A DNA stretch of 64,000 nucleotides, taken from Squalus acanthias (Eukaryota). The stretch covers positions 102,612,001-102,676,000 of the forward strand of contig CM059431.1 in NCBI GenBank assembly GCA_030390025.1, written 5' to 3'. The position numbers were made by a program, and so were the translations under genes. Positions within the stretch are counted from its first letter, which is position 1. Each line of letters starts with the position of its first letter. Shown piece by piece: positions 1 through 12,842 of this stretch. A model generated the notes under the pieces. That model was not told the origin of the DNA. It ran no database searches and was given only the letters and a program-made list of their open reading frames with translations.

Positions 1-919
1 AAAAAAGTGATCGGAATAGAAGCAGAGCACTGATGTGGTGACTCAATGCAGAAATATTTGCCTGCAGGCAAAATAAAATTACTGTACATTGTTTATGCCC
101 TTAAAAGCATATCGTGAGACATGGCATTTGAGGAATTTGTATACCCTGTACATCCAGTGATTGTGTTACTAAATGCACACTTAGCTCATTGCATTTCGTT
201 ACATCCATTTTTGGACTTTTATCAAATAGTGGAATATTTTTAGTGCAGTATTTTTGATTTACTGGAACTGCTCAGAACCCCTGATTACTGCGGTTAATTC
301 ATTAATGGAGAGCTCGATCTGCTCTTCATCCATTGTGGATTAATGCTTTTTTTAAATCCTAAAGTGCTAAATCCATCGACAGCACTAAAATGCCACCTCC
401 ATTGCACCATTATTGTTGCGATTCAGGTGACCTGTAATTTTTTTTTTGTCAATTTCCAAATCCAGTTTGTTAACTCGACCAGTTTCTTTTATTTTAAACA
501 AAAAAAAACACAACATTTTCAAAAAAATGTTTTACTATTCTCTCGGTTAATGCTTTTCCAGCTGATTTTCTCAACTGTTGCTGGAACATGTCGAGCTCCC
601 TTTCTGTCGGACATGGGTGTGCGCACGTACTCTTTCGGATTAATCAGGGTGCCTGCTTGTCTGATTGCCGGTAATTTCCCCAAGCTGTTAAAACGTGGCG
701 TGAAATCCGAACTCGCGGAGATCTGTCCGCAGCATTCCCTTGCCTTGGACCGGGCACCTTCCTAGGGTCAGGGATAGCTTAGTCTCAGGCCAATGGCCTC
801 AGAAATTTGTGGCGTTGCTGGACCGGGAGGCCTATGCAGTTCAGCGAGCACCAGGGTGAACGGGACTTGGCACGAGTTAGGATACGGGGGGCAGCAGAGT
901 TTTGAATTACATCGGATAT

Positions 920-1832
920 ACGGCAGAGAAACAGGCCATTCGGCCCAACCAGTCCATGCCGGCATTTAAGAAATAGGAGCAGGAGTCGGCCATTCGGCCC
1001 CTCGAGCCTGCGCCGCCATTTAATAAGATCATGGCTGATCCGATTTTGGCCTCAACTCCACTTTCCTACCCGCTCCCCATAACCCTTGACTCCCCTGTTG
1101 CTCAAAAATCTGTCTATCTCAGCCTTGAATATATTCAATGACTCAGCCTCCACAGCTCTCTGGGGTAAAGAATTCCAAAGATTCACAACCCTCAGAGAAG
1201 GAATTCCTCCTCATCTCCACACGAACCTCCTCCCGTCTTTCCTCATCTAAATCTATCAGCATAACCCTCTATTCCCTTCTCCCTCATATGCTTGTCTAGC
1301 CTCCCCTTAAATGCATCTATACTATTCGCTTCAACCACTCCCTGTGGTAGTGAGTTCCACATTCTCACCACTCTCTGGGTAAAGAAGTTTCTTCTGAATT
1401 CCCTATTGGATTTCTTGGTGACTATCTTATATTGATGGCCTCTAGTTTTGCTCTTCCCCACAAGTGGAAACACTCTCTCTGTATCCCACTCTATCAAAAC
1501 CTTTCATAATTTTAGGGACCTCTATTAGGTCACCCCTCAGCCTTCTTTTTTCAAGAGAAAAGAGACCCAGCCTGTTCACCCTGTCCTGATAATTATACCC
1601 TCACATTTCTGGCATCATTCTTGTAAATCTTCTCTGCACCCTCTCCAGTGCCTCTATATCCATTTTGTAATATGGTGACCTAGAACTGTACACAGTACTC
1701 CAAGTGTGGTCTAACCAAGGTTCAATACAAGTTTAGCATAACTTCCCTACTTTTCAATTCTATCCCTCTAGAAATAAACCCTAGTGCTCGGTTTGCTTTT
1801 TTTTTTTTAAAATGGCCTTGCTAACCTGCGTC
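920..1832 (-). mobile_element. Stacked CR1 LINE 3' fragments
   Basis: Translation KTRGHQYK...RNFFTQRVVRMWNSLP. CR1 3'UTR hairpin ggccattcggccc. Confidence 0.85.
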
Positions 1833-2214
1833 GAATAAGATCAAAGTTTATGGTTGATAAAAGGTGGAAGGCCGGCCAGGAGAGCGTTGGAATAGTTGAG
1901 CCTAGAGGTGACAAAAAAATCCTGGATGGAGGGTTTTCCTCCCAGTAGGTGCGAATGGGTGGTTAGAAGCGATAGGATGAGAGATTAACAAATAGGGGGC
2001 TAGTTGAAAGGAGAGAGTTTCTACACCTTCAGTAGATCCCTGCCCTGCGACGAGAAACATGCATGCCGGCTGCTTCCTTCTCTGCCGTGCCCCACCACCT
2101 CCCAGAAAGAAAAAATATAGAGAAAAGAGAAGCAAAGTAGTTCCAAGACAAGGGGGTGGGGTGGGGAAGAGACAGAAGCAGAACAGCACAATACAGACCA
2201 GAACAAAAAATAAA

Positions 2215-2460
2215 TAACTTGCATTTATATAGCACTTTTAACATAGTCCATCCCCAGGCACTTCACAGGAGCGTTAACAAAATTTGACACCAAGCCACAT
2301 ACGTTGATATTGGGACAGGTGACCAAAGGCTTGGCCAAAAAGGTAGGTTTTAAGGAGTGACTTAAAGGAAGAGAGAGAGGTAGAGAGGCGGAGTGGTTTC
2401 GGGAGGGTGTTCCAGAGCTTAGGGCCCAGGCAGCTGAAGGACACAGCCGCCAATGGTGGG
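2215..2460 (-). mobile_element. L2 LINE 3' fragment
   Basis: FSCLGPKLWNTLP...FKSLLKTYLF plus L2 tail gtgctatataaatgcaagtt. Confidence 0.8.
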
Positions 2461-2554
2461 AAAAGCAGGGGCTCAAGCCGCAATGAAGGCGACAGACACA
2501 CGCAGGAGAGACCTTATGCTCTTACAGGAAGTAATTTGATCAGAGATACACAAT

Positions 2555-3206
2555 GGCCCGTATTTTCCGAGTCCTGCGATCTGGAAAAATCTACGCCCTT
2601 ACTCGAGGGCTCCCGGGACGCACACGCTTCCGCTCCTGGGCCTCTCCAAACTCCAAGTGCGCAGGGCCCACGTATCCCAGAGGCGCAGGCAGTTCGCAGC
2701 GTCCCTGGGATCATGTGGGCCGGGCCATGGGGAGCCAATCACAGAAGGGAATCTCCCTTCATATATTTGACAGGTCTTCCCGTCAAGTGTATGAATGGAG
2801 ATCACCCCAGTAAAACTTTAAATAAAATTAAAACACATTTTTAAAATGACTTGAAATTACAATAAATTAAGTATATTAAACAAAAATTTAATTTTTTGAA
2901 AAAAAGCTTTTTACGGGGCTAAAAATAAGCTTACCTTTTTTATTATAAACACTTTTTTGAACTCTTATCCTGGTAAAAGCAGGTGTAAGAATTGTAAGGG
3001 TTTTCTGCGGGTGGAGGATCTCTAAAGATCCGCCCACAGAGGCCCTTCTCCAGGGCAGCTGGAAGATCTGTCAAGACCATTCTTGACAGATCGGAAATGC
3101 TGCTGCACAGCGCATGCGCTGTGCATGCCTGAAACCGGCATTTCCGATGTCCCTACGGGTGAGTACACAGTGCGTACACACCCGTAGGGATCGGAATATC
3201 TGGGCC
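2555..3206. mobile_element. Non-autonomous DNA element (MITE) with GGCCC termini
   Basis: Imperfect terminal inverted repeats (TIRs) ggcccgtatttt / aatatctgggcc around an AT-rich core. Confidence 0.6.
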
Positions 3207-3629
3207 ATTGTACATTAAAAGTATGTCTCATCTGATCAAATTGTACATGTTTCTGGAGAGCATTACTTGCAGTATAACATGAATGAACACTCAAAACGTG
3301 GACATCAAGCATTTGCACTCACAATAATGCTTTGAGAGTAAAGGCCCTTTTGTAGATATCAATAAAACTGTGGGCTTTGAATTAAATTCCATGCAATAAT
3401 GCTCAACTTTCAATGACAAGTTTAAATAAATGATGAAGAAAAATACTAAGTTTATTTGCAGCAATATCATCTGGTTTCTGGTCAAGGCCTGAAATGCTAC
3501 CGCAGTTTTCAGATACAAGCGGTTCTAAAAATACCTTTAGTTAAAAAGGTAAATGTAGGCTTTGAAAAAAAAAATCAATCATTTGAGTGATGAAAATTGA
3601 CGAGTGTGCGTACAGAAACGGTTTTACGC

Positions 3630-3980
3630 AGAAACATACAAGATTCCGAGGGGGATTGACTGGGTAGATGCTGACAGGTTGTTTCCCCTGGCTGGAGAGT
3701 CTAGAACTAGGGGTCACAGTCTCAGGATAAGGGGTCGGCCATTGAGGACTGAGATGAGGAGGAATTTCTTCACTCAGAGGGTGGTGAATCTTTGGAATTC
3801 TCTGCCCCAGAGGGCTGTGGATGCTGAATTGTTGAGTATATTCAAGGCTGAGATAGATAGATTTTTGGACTCTAGGGTAATCAAGGGATATGGGGATCGG
3901 GCGGGAAAGTGGAGTTGAGGTCGATGATCAGCCATGATCTTATTGAATGGCCGACTCCTGCTCCTAGTTCTTATGTTCAT
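3630..3980 (+). mobile_element. CR1 3' fragment
   Basis: ETYKI...ESRTRGHSLRIRG...NFFTQRVVNLWNSLP plus tail. Confidence 0.85.
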
Positions 3981-4564
3981 AGAATCATAGAAATTTACAG
4001 CACTGGAGGTGGCCATTCGGCCCATCTTGTCCGTGCCAGCCTCAGGATTCCCTTCAGGGTTTGTAAAATTAGAACTTTTATTAAACAAGTCAAGGAAACT
4101 AATGGGTCTTTTGTCAGAGCTGAAATCTCTCCCTGTGCACTGTGATGTTATGATCAGCTTCTGGGGATTTTCCCCGGAGCAAATACCATCCCCTCAGGGA
4201 AAAATAAGGGCGTGTGGTATTCGATAAATGCAATTGATCAACAACACAGTGTTCAAATGGAACACCACGTTAAACGTGCTTTAATTTAAGATTTATTCCA
4301 CAGATGTTTCAAGCCGTCGATCAGTCAAGACATTTCCTTGATGGCTACTCTGGCAAAATTTGATGGAATGATGCCATGAGGCTTTTATGTCAATGTAAAT
4401 CAATCTAGAGGGTGGGCAGGAATAGACTAGTGAATTAATGGGCCAGTTATCGCTAACCAGAGCAGCTGAGATTCCTACAATGGCCATTTCCCCCCCAACT
4501 CATCACAACAATTAGATACTCACAGCTTCTGGTACCTCGAGTCTCACGTGATAACAGGCTCCTT

Positions 4565-4840
4565 CCTCCCAATTAGTCCCACTTCCCCCAGCCCTTTCCC
4601 CCCAATAGCCCTGAAAATCTCTCATTTTCTAGTATTTATTCAATTCCCCTTTTGAATCTGCTTCCACCGCCCTTTCAGGCAGCGCGTTCCAGATCACAAG
4701 AACTTGCTGCGTAAAAAACATTTCTCCTCATTTCCCCCTCTGGCTTTTTTGCCAATTACCTTGAATCTGTGTCCTCTGGTTACCGACCCTCCTGTCAGAG
4801 TAGAAACAGTTTCTCCTTATGAACTCTATCGAAACCCCTC
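4565..4840 (-). mobile_element. CR1 3' fragment
   Basis: Matches the CR1 subfamily copies at 9218 and 36505. Confidence 0.7.
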
Positions 4841-5371
4841 AAGTGCAAGCGCATTATTCCCACATAATAAACAAGAATGCTTCTGTGGAAATCACTCAAG
4901 AGTTTATCAACAAGGCAACTCATGGTATAAACAAAAACATTTAATTGGCGAGTTTAAAAAATCACTCATATATCCATGCTTGATAAAGGCAGCGCTTCAC
5001 TCTTCCTCGGTCGGACGTACTATTCTCTTCAAAACAAAAACAAAATAAGTAGATACCCTGATCAAACACGAGAAGGGAAACAGAAAGCAATGAAGGTGAA
5101 CAAGGTAATAAAGACAAAAAAGGAAATCGCTCTTTCCCAGTACCGCTCTCGTTCCCAGTTTCACCTTTGTGAATGTTCTGACAAATGTCGATTCAGGTGA
5201 TTCGGGACCAACACATTTGTTTGGACAGGTTACTGCTCCAATTATTACCGTCTGCCTCTGGGGGCGGTGCACATCTGGCGAGTGCTTTCATTTTTTGGCT
5301 CGGTTGGGGTGGGGGGTCGGGCAAAGTGTCAGTTCACTAGCGTTTGCCCTCAAAAGGTAGGTGTTTTATTC

Positions 5372-5930
5372 TGGCTCAGTGGGCAGCACTCTGAGTCAGA
5401 AGGTTGTGGGTTCAAGTCCCACTCCAGAGACTTGAGCACATAATCCAGGCTGACACTCCCAGTGCAGTGCTGAGGGAGCGCCGCACTGTCGGAGGGTCAG
5501 TGCTGAGGGAGCGCCGCACTGGCGGAGGGGCAGTGCTGAGGGAGCGCCGCACTGGCGGAGGGGCAGTGCTGAGGGCGCGCCGCACTGGCGGAGGGGCAGT
5601 GCTGAGGGAGCGCTGCACTGTCGGAGGTGTCGTCGTTTGGATGGGACGTTAAACCGAAGCGCCGTATGCCCCCTCAGGTGGACGTAAAAAAGATCCCACG
5701 GCACTATTTTGAAGAGGAGGAGCAGGGGAGCTCTCTCTGTAGTCCTGGCCAATGTTCCCTCTCTTTTTCTGGGGGGCTATGCGGCGCTTGGCCATTATAG
5801 GGAGCTTTGGGCCCGGTCAATATTTATCCCTCAACCAACATCACTAAAACAAATTGTTTTATCTGGTTAATATCAGATTGGTGTTTGCGGGAGCTTGCTG
5901 TGCGCAAATTGGCAGCCGCGTTTGCTTTCA
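5372..5930 (+). mobile_element. tRNA-derived Deu-core SINE (SacSINE1-like) with internal tandem expansion
   Basis: A box tggctcagtgg, B box ggttcaagtcc, core ggatgggacgttaaaccga. The tail resumes at about 8490 after the CR1 insertion. Confidence 0.8.
5465..5629. repeat. 33-bp minisatellite x5 inside SINE
   Basis: Unit cagtgctgagggagcgccgcactggcggagggg, abutting copies with no spacers. Confidence 0.9.
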
Positions 5931-5931
5931 G

Positions 5932-8490
5932 AACATAAGAAATAGGAGTAGGCCATACGGCCCCTCGAGCCTGCTCCGCCATTCAATTTAATCATGGCTG
6001 ATCTTCGACCTCAACTCCACTTTCCCGCCCGATCCCCCTAGAGTCCAAAAATCTATCGATCTCAGCCTTGAATATACTCAAAGACTCAGCATCCACAGCC
6101 CTCTGGGGTAGAGAATTCCAAAAATTCACAACCCTCTGAGTGAAGAAATTCCTCATCTCGGTCCTAAATGGCCGACCCCTTAACCTGAGACTATGCCCCC
6201 TAGTTCTAGACTCTCCAGCCAGGGGAAACAACCTCTCAGCATCTACCCTGTCAATCCCCTTCAGAATCGTGTAGGTTTCAATGAGATCACCTCTCATTCT
6301 TCTAAACTCCAGAGAGTATAGGTCCATTCTACACAATCTTTCAGCATAGAACAGCCCTCTCATCCCAGGAATCAATCTAGTGAACCTTCGTTGCACCGCC
6401 TCCAAGGCAAGTATATCCTTCCTTAGATAAGGAGACCAAAACTGTGCACAGTACTCCAGGTGTGGTCTCACCAAGGCCCTGTACAATTGTAGCAAGACTG
6501 CCTTGCTCTTATACTCCAACCCCCTTGCAATAAAGGCCAACATGCCATTTGCCTTCCTTATTGATTGCTGTACCTGCATGCTAGCTTTGTGTTTCTTGCA
6601 CGAGGACGCCCAAATCTCTCTGAACACCAACATTTAAAAGTTTCTCACCATTTAAAAAATATTGTTTTTCTATTCTTCCTACCAAAGTGAATAACCTCAC
6701 ATTTCCCTACATTATACTCCATCTGCCACCTTACTGCCCACTCAGTCTATCTATATTCCTTTGCAGATTCTTTGTGTTCTCCTCACAGCTTACTGTCCCA
6801 TCTAGCTTTCTGCTGTCAGCAAACTTGGATACATTACACTCGGTCCCTCCATCTAGGCCATTAATATAGATTGTAAATAGCCGAGGCGCCAGCACTGATC
6901 CTTGCGGCACCCCACTAGTTACAGCCTGCCAACCTGAAAAAGACCCGTTTATCCCTACTCTCTGTTTTCTGTCCGTTAACCAATCCGCTATCCACGCTAC
7001 TATATTACCCCCAACCCCATGAGCCCTTATCTTGTGTAATAACCTTATGTGGCACCTATCGAATGCCTTTTGGAAATCCAAATATACTACATCCACTGGT
7101 TCCCCTTCATCTACCCTGCTAGTTACATCCTCAAAAAACTAATTAATTTGTCAAACACGATTTCCCTTTCATAAAACCATGTTGACTCTGTCTAATCAAG
7201 TTATGATTTTCTAAGTGCCCTGATACCACTTCCTTAACAATGATTCCAGCATTTTCCCGACGACTGATGTCAGGCTAACTGGCCTGTAGTTCCCGGTTTT
7301 TTCTCTCCCTCCTTTCTTGAATAGCGGTGTTACATTTGCTACCTTCCAATCCGCTGGGACCGTTCCAAAATTCCCTAGATTCTAGAAGATCAAAACCAAT
7401 GCATCCACTATCTCTGCAGCCACCTCTTTTAGAACCCTAGGATGTAGGCCATCAGGTCCAGGGGATTTGTTGGCTTTTAGTCCCATTAGTTTCTCTAGTA
7501 CATTTTCGCTACTTATATTAATTACGTTAAGTTCCTCACCCTCATTCGACCCTTGGTTCCCTATCATTTTTGGTATGCTTTTTGTGTCTTCTACTGTGAA
7601 GACAGATGCAAAATATTTGTTTAACGTTTCTTCCATTTCCTTAGTCCCCATAATAATTTCTCCTGTCTCAGCCTCTAAAGGGACCAATGTTTACTTTTGC
7701 TACTCTCTTCCTTTTTATATACTTGTAGAAGCGCTTACAATCTGCTTTTATATTTCTTGCTAGTTTTCTCTCATTCTATTTTTGCGCTTATCAATTTTTT
7801 GGTCATCCTTTGCTGGTTTCTGAAACTCTCCCAATCCTCAGGCTTACTACTAATCTTCGCAACATTATAAGCTGCTTCTTCCAATCTAATGCTATCCTTA
7901 GCTTCTTTAGTTAGCCACGGATGGATCACTTTTCCCATGGATGGAGTTTTTATTTCTCAAATGGAATGTATTTTTGTTGAGAATTATGAAATAATTCTTT
8001 AAATGCTAGCCACTGCTTATTTACCGCCATACCTTTTAATCTATTTTTCCAATCTACCTTAGCCAACTTGCCCCTCATACCTATGTAATTGGCTTTATTT
8101 ATGTTTAAGACTCTAGTTTCGGACTTAGGCGAGTCACTCCCAAACTTAATTTGAAATTCTATCATATTATGATCACTCTGCCCCAGGAGATATCCTTAAC
8201 CCTGGCAGGCAACACAGCCTTCGGGACTCTCTTTCACAGCTGCAGAGAACAGTATCTATCCCCCTGACTATACTGTCCCCTACCACTACCACATTCCTTC
8301 CTTCTCCGCTCCCCCCCCCCCACTTGGATGGCCCCCTGTACCACGATGCCGTAGTCAGTTTGCCCATCCTCCCTGCAGTCCTTTTCCTCATCCGTACAGG
8401 TAGCAAGTACCTCATGCCTGTTGGACAAGGTCAAGGGCTGAGGCTCCTCCATCACTACATCCTGGGTCCCCATACCTGCCTGACTCACTT
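5932..8490 (-). mobile_element. Long degenerate CR1 LINE: ORF2 (RT) fragments plus ORF1 SGNH/esterase fragment
   Basis: SPGPDGLHPRVLKE, YLDFQKAFD, GVPQGSVL, KFADS and RPHLEYC. ORF1-type VVVVGDSIVRG...CCLPG at 8175-8490. Frameshifted and internally deleted. Confidence 0.9.
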
Positions 8491-8814
8491 ATTACAACAG
8501 TGATGACACTCCACTGGCTGTAAAGCGCTGTGGGACGTTGTGAAAATTGCTGGGAGCAGTGCTGCTTTAGTTCTGCTGTTGCCTCTGGTTTTTCAAGCAC
8601 ACAGTACAGAATCAGGTGAAATTGGAACTCGAGCAACTATCTGGTACTGTTGAATTGTTTCCACGCCAGTCAGTTCCCCAATGTCAATGGGGTGGAAGAC
8701 TGGCTCACGCGCTGTGCCACAGCAGGCAGGCAAATGGGGAACAAACCCATGGCTATTCACAGTACCTCCGAGAACAAGGCATTTGCCTGCCTGATTCTCA
8801 GAATGTATACAAAA

Positions 8815-9216
8815 ATGAAAGAACTTGCATTTATACAGCGCCTTTCACAACCTCAGGACGTTCCAAAGCGCTTTTCAACCAATGAAGTACTTTTTTGAAG
8901 TGTAGTCTCGGTCATCAAGTAGGGAAAGTCAGCAACCAATTTGCGTACAGCAAGCTCCCACAAACAGCAATGAAATAAGTGACCAGATCGTCTGTTTTAG
9001 GTGTTGGTTCAGGGCGAAATATTGACACTGGCCAGAACACCCCCTGCTCTTCTTTGAAATGGGCGGAAGTAAAAGATGCCACAGCACTGAGGGGGCAGAC
9101 GGGTCCTCCGTTTAATGTCTCATCCGAAGAACGCCACCTCCAACAGTGCAGCGATGCCTCAGTACCGCACTGGAGTGCTAGCTTAGTCTGTGGAGTGGGG
9201 CTTGAACCCACAACCT
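8815..9216 (-). mobile_element. Deu-core SINE
   Basis: Reverse complement of the SINE core and L2-like tail. Confidence 0.8.
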
Positions 9217-9217
9217 T

Positions 9218-10735
9218 AGAATGGTTACAGCACAGAAGGAGACCATTCGGCCCGTCAAGCTCGTGCCGGCTCTCCAAGAGCACTTCAGCTAGTCCCACTC
9301 CCTCCGCCCTTTCCCCGCAGCCCTGTGAATTTTTTTCCTTCAAGTACTTATCCAATTCCCTTTTGAAAGCCACAATTGAATCTGCCTCCACCACCCTCTC
9401 ATGCTGTGCATTCCAGATCCTAACCACTCACTGCGCAAAAAAGTTTTCCCCTCATGTTGCCTTTGGTTCTTCTGCCAATCACCTTAAATCTGTGTCCACT
9501 GGTTCTCGACCCTTCCGCCAATGGGAACAGTTTCTCTCTATCTAGACCCCTCATGATTTTGAACACCTCTATCAAATCTCCTCTCAACCTTCTCTGCTCG
9601 AAGGAAAATAATCCTAGCTTCTCCAGTCTATCCATGTAACTGAAGTCCCTCATCCTTGGAACCATTATTGTAAAGTGTGATGGAATACTCTCCACTTGCC
9701 TGGAGGAGTGCAGCTCCAACAACACTCAAGAAGCTCGACACCATCCAGGACAAAGCAGCCCGCTTGATTGGCACTCCATCCACCACCTTAAACATTCACT
9801 CCCTCCACCACCGGCGTACCGTGGCTGCAGTGTGTACCATCTACAAGATGCACTGCAGCAACTCACCAAGGCTTCTTCGGCAGCACCTCCCAAACCCGTG
9901 ACCTCTTCCACCTAGAGGACAAGGACAGCAGGTGCGTGGGAACACCACCACCTCCAAGTTCCCCTCCAAGTCACACACCATCCTGACTTAGAAGTATATC
10001 GCCGATCCTTCATCGTCGCTGGGTCAAAATCCTGGAACTCCCTCCCTAACAGCACTGTGGGAGCACCTTCACCACACAGACTGCAGCAGTTCAAGAAGGC
10101 GGCTCACCACCACCTTCTCAAGGGCAATTAGGGATGGGCAATAAATGCTGGCCTTGCCAGCGACGCCCAGATCCCATAAACGAATAAAAAAAAAAAAATC
10201 TTTTCTGCACCCTCTCGAAGGCCTTCACATCCTTCCTAAAGTGCAGTGCCCAGAATTGGACACAATACTCCAGTTGAAGCCAGACCAGTGTTTTATAAAG
10301 GTTCATCATAATTTCCTTGCTTTTGTATTCTATGCCCAGGATCCCGTATGCTTTTTTAACTGCTTTCTCAACCCTCCCTACCACCTTCAACGATTTGTGC
10401 ACATATACCCCCAGGTCTCTCTGTTCATGCACCCCCTTTAGAATTGTACCCTTTAGTTTATATTGCCGTTCCTCGTTCTTCCTACCAAAATGTATCACTT
10501 CACACGTTATCTCCTTTAAATTCTATCTGCCATGTGTCCGTCCATTCCACCAGCTGGTCTATGTCCTCTTGAAGTCTATCACTATCCTCCTCACTGTTCA
10601 CTATACTTCCATGTTTTGTGTTATCTGCAGATTTTGAAATTGTGCCCTGTACTCCCAAGTCCAAGTCATTAATATAGATCAAGTAAAGCAGTGACCCTAG
10701 TACCGACCCCTGGGGAGCACCACTGTATACCTTCT
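9218..10735 (-). mobile_element. CR1 LINE fragment interrupted by another LINE
   Basis: [37 protein letters not shown]. Confidence 0.85.
9675..10197 (+). mobile_element. 3' fragment of a distinct CR1-group LINE with poly(A) tail, nested in CR1
   Basis: MEYSPLAW...LDTIQDKAARLIG...SLHHRRTVA. AATAAA and an A-run at the 3' end. Exact clade not determined. Confidence 0.75.
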
Positions 10736-12006
10736 GATCGACAGGCTGGCTTCCATTCGTGTGGGGAATTGACAAGGAGGCCATAGGACCAGGTAAGTGC
10801 TGGGCCCAGGATGGTGGGACGGGGAGCTCCAAGGCCGGGCGGGGACCGATCCTCGAGGGGGAAGGGGCGGTGAGAGCGATCCCGGGGGGACCTCCAATCC
10901 GGACCCCGGGGCCGAGTCACGATCCCGGGGGATGTTCCAGGCCCGGGGAAGGGGAGGGGGGGGGAGAGAGAGATTCAATCCCGGGGGAGGGGCAGGCTGA
11001 TGGTGGGAGAACATGCGGAAGCACTCCTGCTCCTCCCGGCCCACAAGGATTGCTCCCCGATGCGGAGGCCGCCTCGTTGTTGCCACCGGGAATGCCAAGC
11101 CCCGGGATCCCCGGCCGCCTGCAGTGAAAGAGAGAGGTTTCAGGCCTCATTATATAGACCTTCTCCCCTGCATCTTGATCTTTGAGTTGGAACAAAAACC
11201 TTTACTTTGATTCCAGGTTCTAAGACTAACCCACAGGCTGAGAAATGTGGAGGTTACGTACAGGAACTTGTGGCAGATTAATTTAATAAATATTTCACAA
11301 GCTGAGACATAGTATTCACAGGACAGCTGTATATATTACTCTACAGTATTCAAATACCATAACTACAATCTACATTAAGTGTTTGAACTGTATTGCTGAA
11401 CTCCAGCTGTGTGGCGAGTTAAATTATTAAATTTTCATTACCGCTAGCTGCCACAACATAAATCCGTTCACCCCAACATGTGCAATTACTAATTCGACTG
11501 ATCAACATCAGAAAATCCTCTACGTGCAGAATTTGTATTTGCCCTCACTCCCTGCACTTGCCATCCACAACTGAAAATCAATTGTTCAAAATTAATTCAT
11601 TATTTCACAAACATACAACTTGCTAAAATGCTGGGAAAGTTTTAGTCCAAGAAATGCATCGTTAATGCAATGAGTTACTGGATAAGTTGAGCCAGCCTAC
11701 TAAATACAAGAGCAGTCAGAATTACGACAAACCGCATTCCTCTTGAACACGTGCGAGTGAAAACCAATTTGTAAAAAAAAGTTTCAGACTCGCTCATGAA
11801 TGCGGCAGGTTTTGGGGAAAATTGATTTTATACTTTCCCCAATGGGGGTAACTCCACAATCCAACGGAAGCGTTACCGAGAAACAGTAATCAAGGTTCGC
11901 AATCTTGCCGCCCTATTTGACTCGGAGAGAAGCTTCTGACCACAAATAAGAGAAAACGCTGGAAAAACTCAGCAGGCCAGGCAGCATCCGTGGAGAGAGA
12001 AACAGA

Positions 12007-12042
12007 GTTAACGTTTCAGGTCGAAGACCTTTCATCAGAACT
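12007..12042 (-). ncRNA. Minimal type-I hammerhead ribozyme motif
   Basis: agtt-CUGAUGA-a-aggtc(ttc)gacct-GAAA-cgtt-aact. Confidence 0.75.
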
Positions 12043-12044
12043 TT

Positions 12045-12076
12045 CTGACGAAAGGTCTTTGACCTGAAACGTTAAC
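12045..12076 (+). ncRNA. Minimal hammerhead ribozyme motif
   Basis: CUGACGA-a-aggtc(ttt)gacct-GAAA-cgttaac. The 5' strand of stem I is truncated by the inversion junction. Confidence 0.65.
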
Positions 12077-12179
12077 ACTGTTTCTCTCTCCACGGATGCT
12101 GCCTGGCCTGCTGAGTTTTTCCAGCGTTTTCTGTTGTTATTTCGGATTTCCAGCATCCGCAATATTTTGCTATCGCAGC

Positions 12180-12842
12180 TTCTGACCACATATCTGCTCC
12201 ATCAACAAGACCGCCTACTTCCACCTCCGTAACATCGCCCGTCTCCGCCCCGGCCTCAGCGCATCGGTTGCTGAAACCCTCATCCGTGCCTTTTGTTACC
12301 AGCAGACTTGACCATTCGAACGCGCTCCTGGCCGGCCTCTCATCTTCCACCCTCCGTAAACCTCAGCTCATCCAACACTCTGCTGCCCGTGTCCTAACTC
12401 GCACCCAGTCCCGTTCTCCCATCACCCCTGGTGCTCGCTGACCGACATTGCCTCTTGGTCTGGCAACGCCTCAATTTTAAAATTCTCATCCTTGCGTTTA
12501 AATCCCTCCATGGTCTCGCCCCTCCCGATCTCTGTAACCTCCTGCAACATTCAGATCTCTGCGCTCCTCCAATTCTGGCCTCTCGCGCATTCTTGATTTT
12601 AATCGTTCCACCATTGGCGGCCGTGCCTTCAGCTGCCGAGGCCCTAGAAATCTGTCCCTAAACCTCTCCGCCTCGCTTTCCTCCTCCATGATGCTCCTTA
12701 AAACCTGCCTCTGACCAAGCTTTTGGTCACCTGTCCTAATAGCTCATGTGGCTTGGTGTCAAATTTTATTTGATAACGCTCCTACAAAGCATCTTGGGAT
12801 GTTTTACTATGTTAAAGGCACTATATAAATACAAGTTGTTGT
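12180..12842 (+). mobile_element. L2 LINE 3' fragment
   Basis: RLNFKILILAFKSLHGLAP plus L2 tail ending gttgttgt. Confidence 0.85.

Larger units (their letters stand above)
11951..12170. mobile_element. Penelope-type pseudo-LTR (pLTR) fragments in inverted arrangement (182-bp palindrome)
   Basis: Arms 11951-12040 and 12043-12132 are near-perfect reverse complements. Same family at 32333 and 45395. Confidence 0.85.

Noticed and set aside
343..765. 140-aa ORF at window start
   Set aside because: Low-complexity F/K-rich translation of A/T runs with no family resemblance.
5372..5425. tRNA genes at SINE heads (also about 15350-15415, 23158-23220, 44010-44065)
   Set aside because: A/B boxes run straight into the SINE core with no complete cloverleaf.
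5465..5629. CRISPR-like 33-bp palindromic repeats
   Set aside because: No spacers, no cas genes, and it lies inside a vertebrate SINE.
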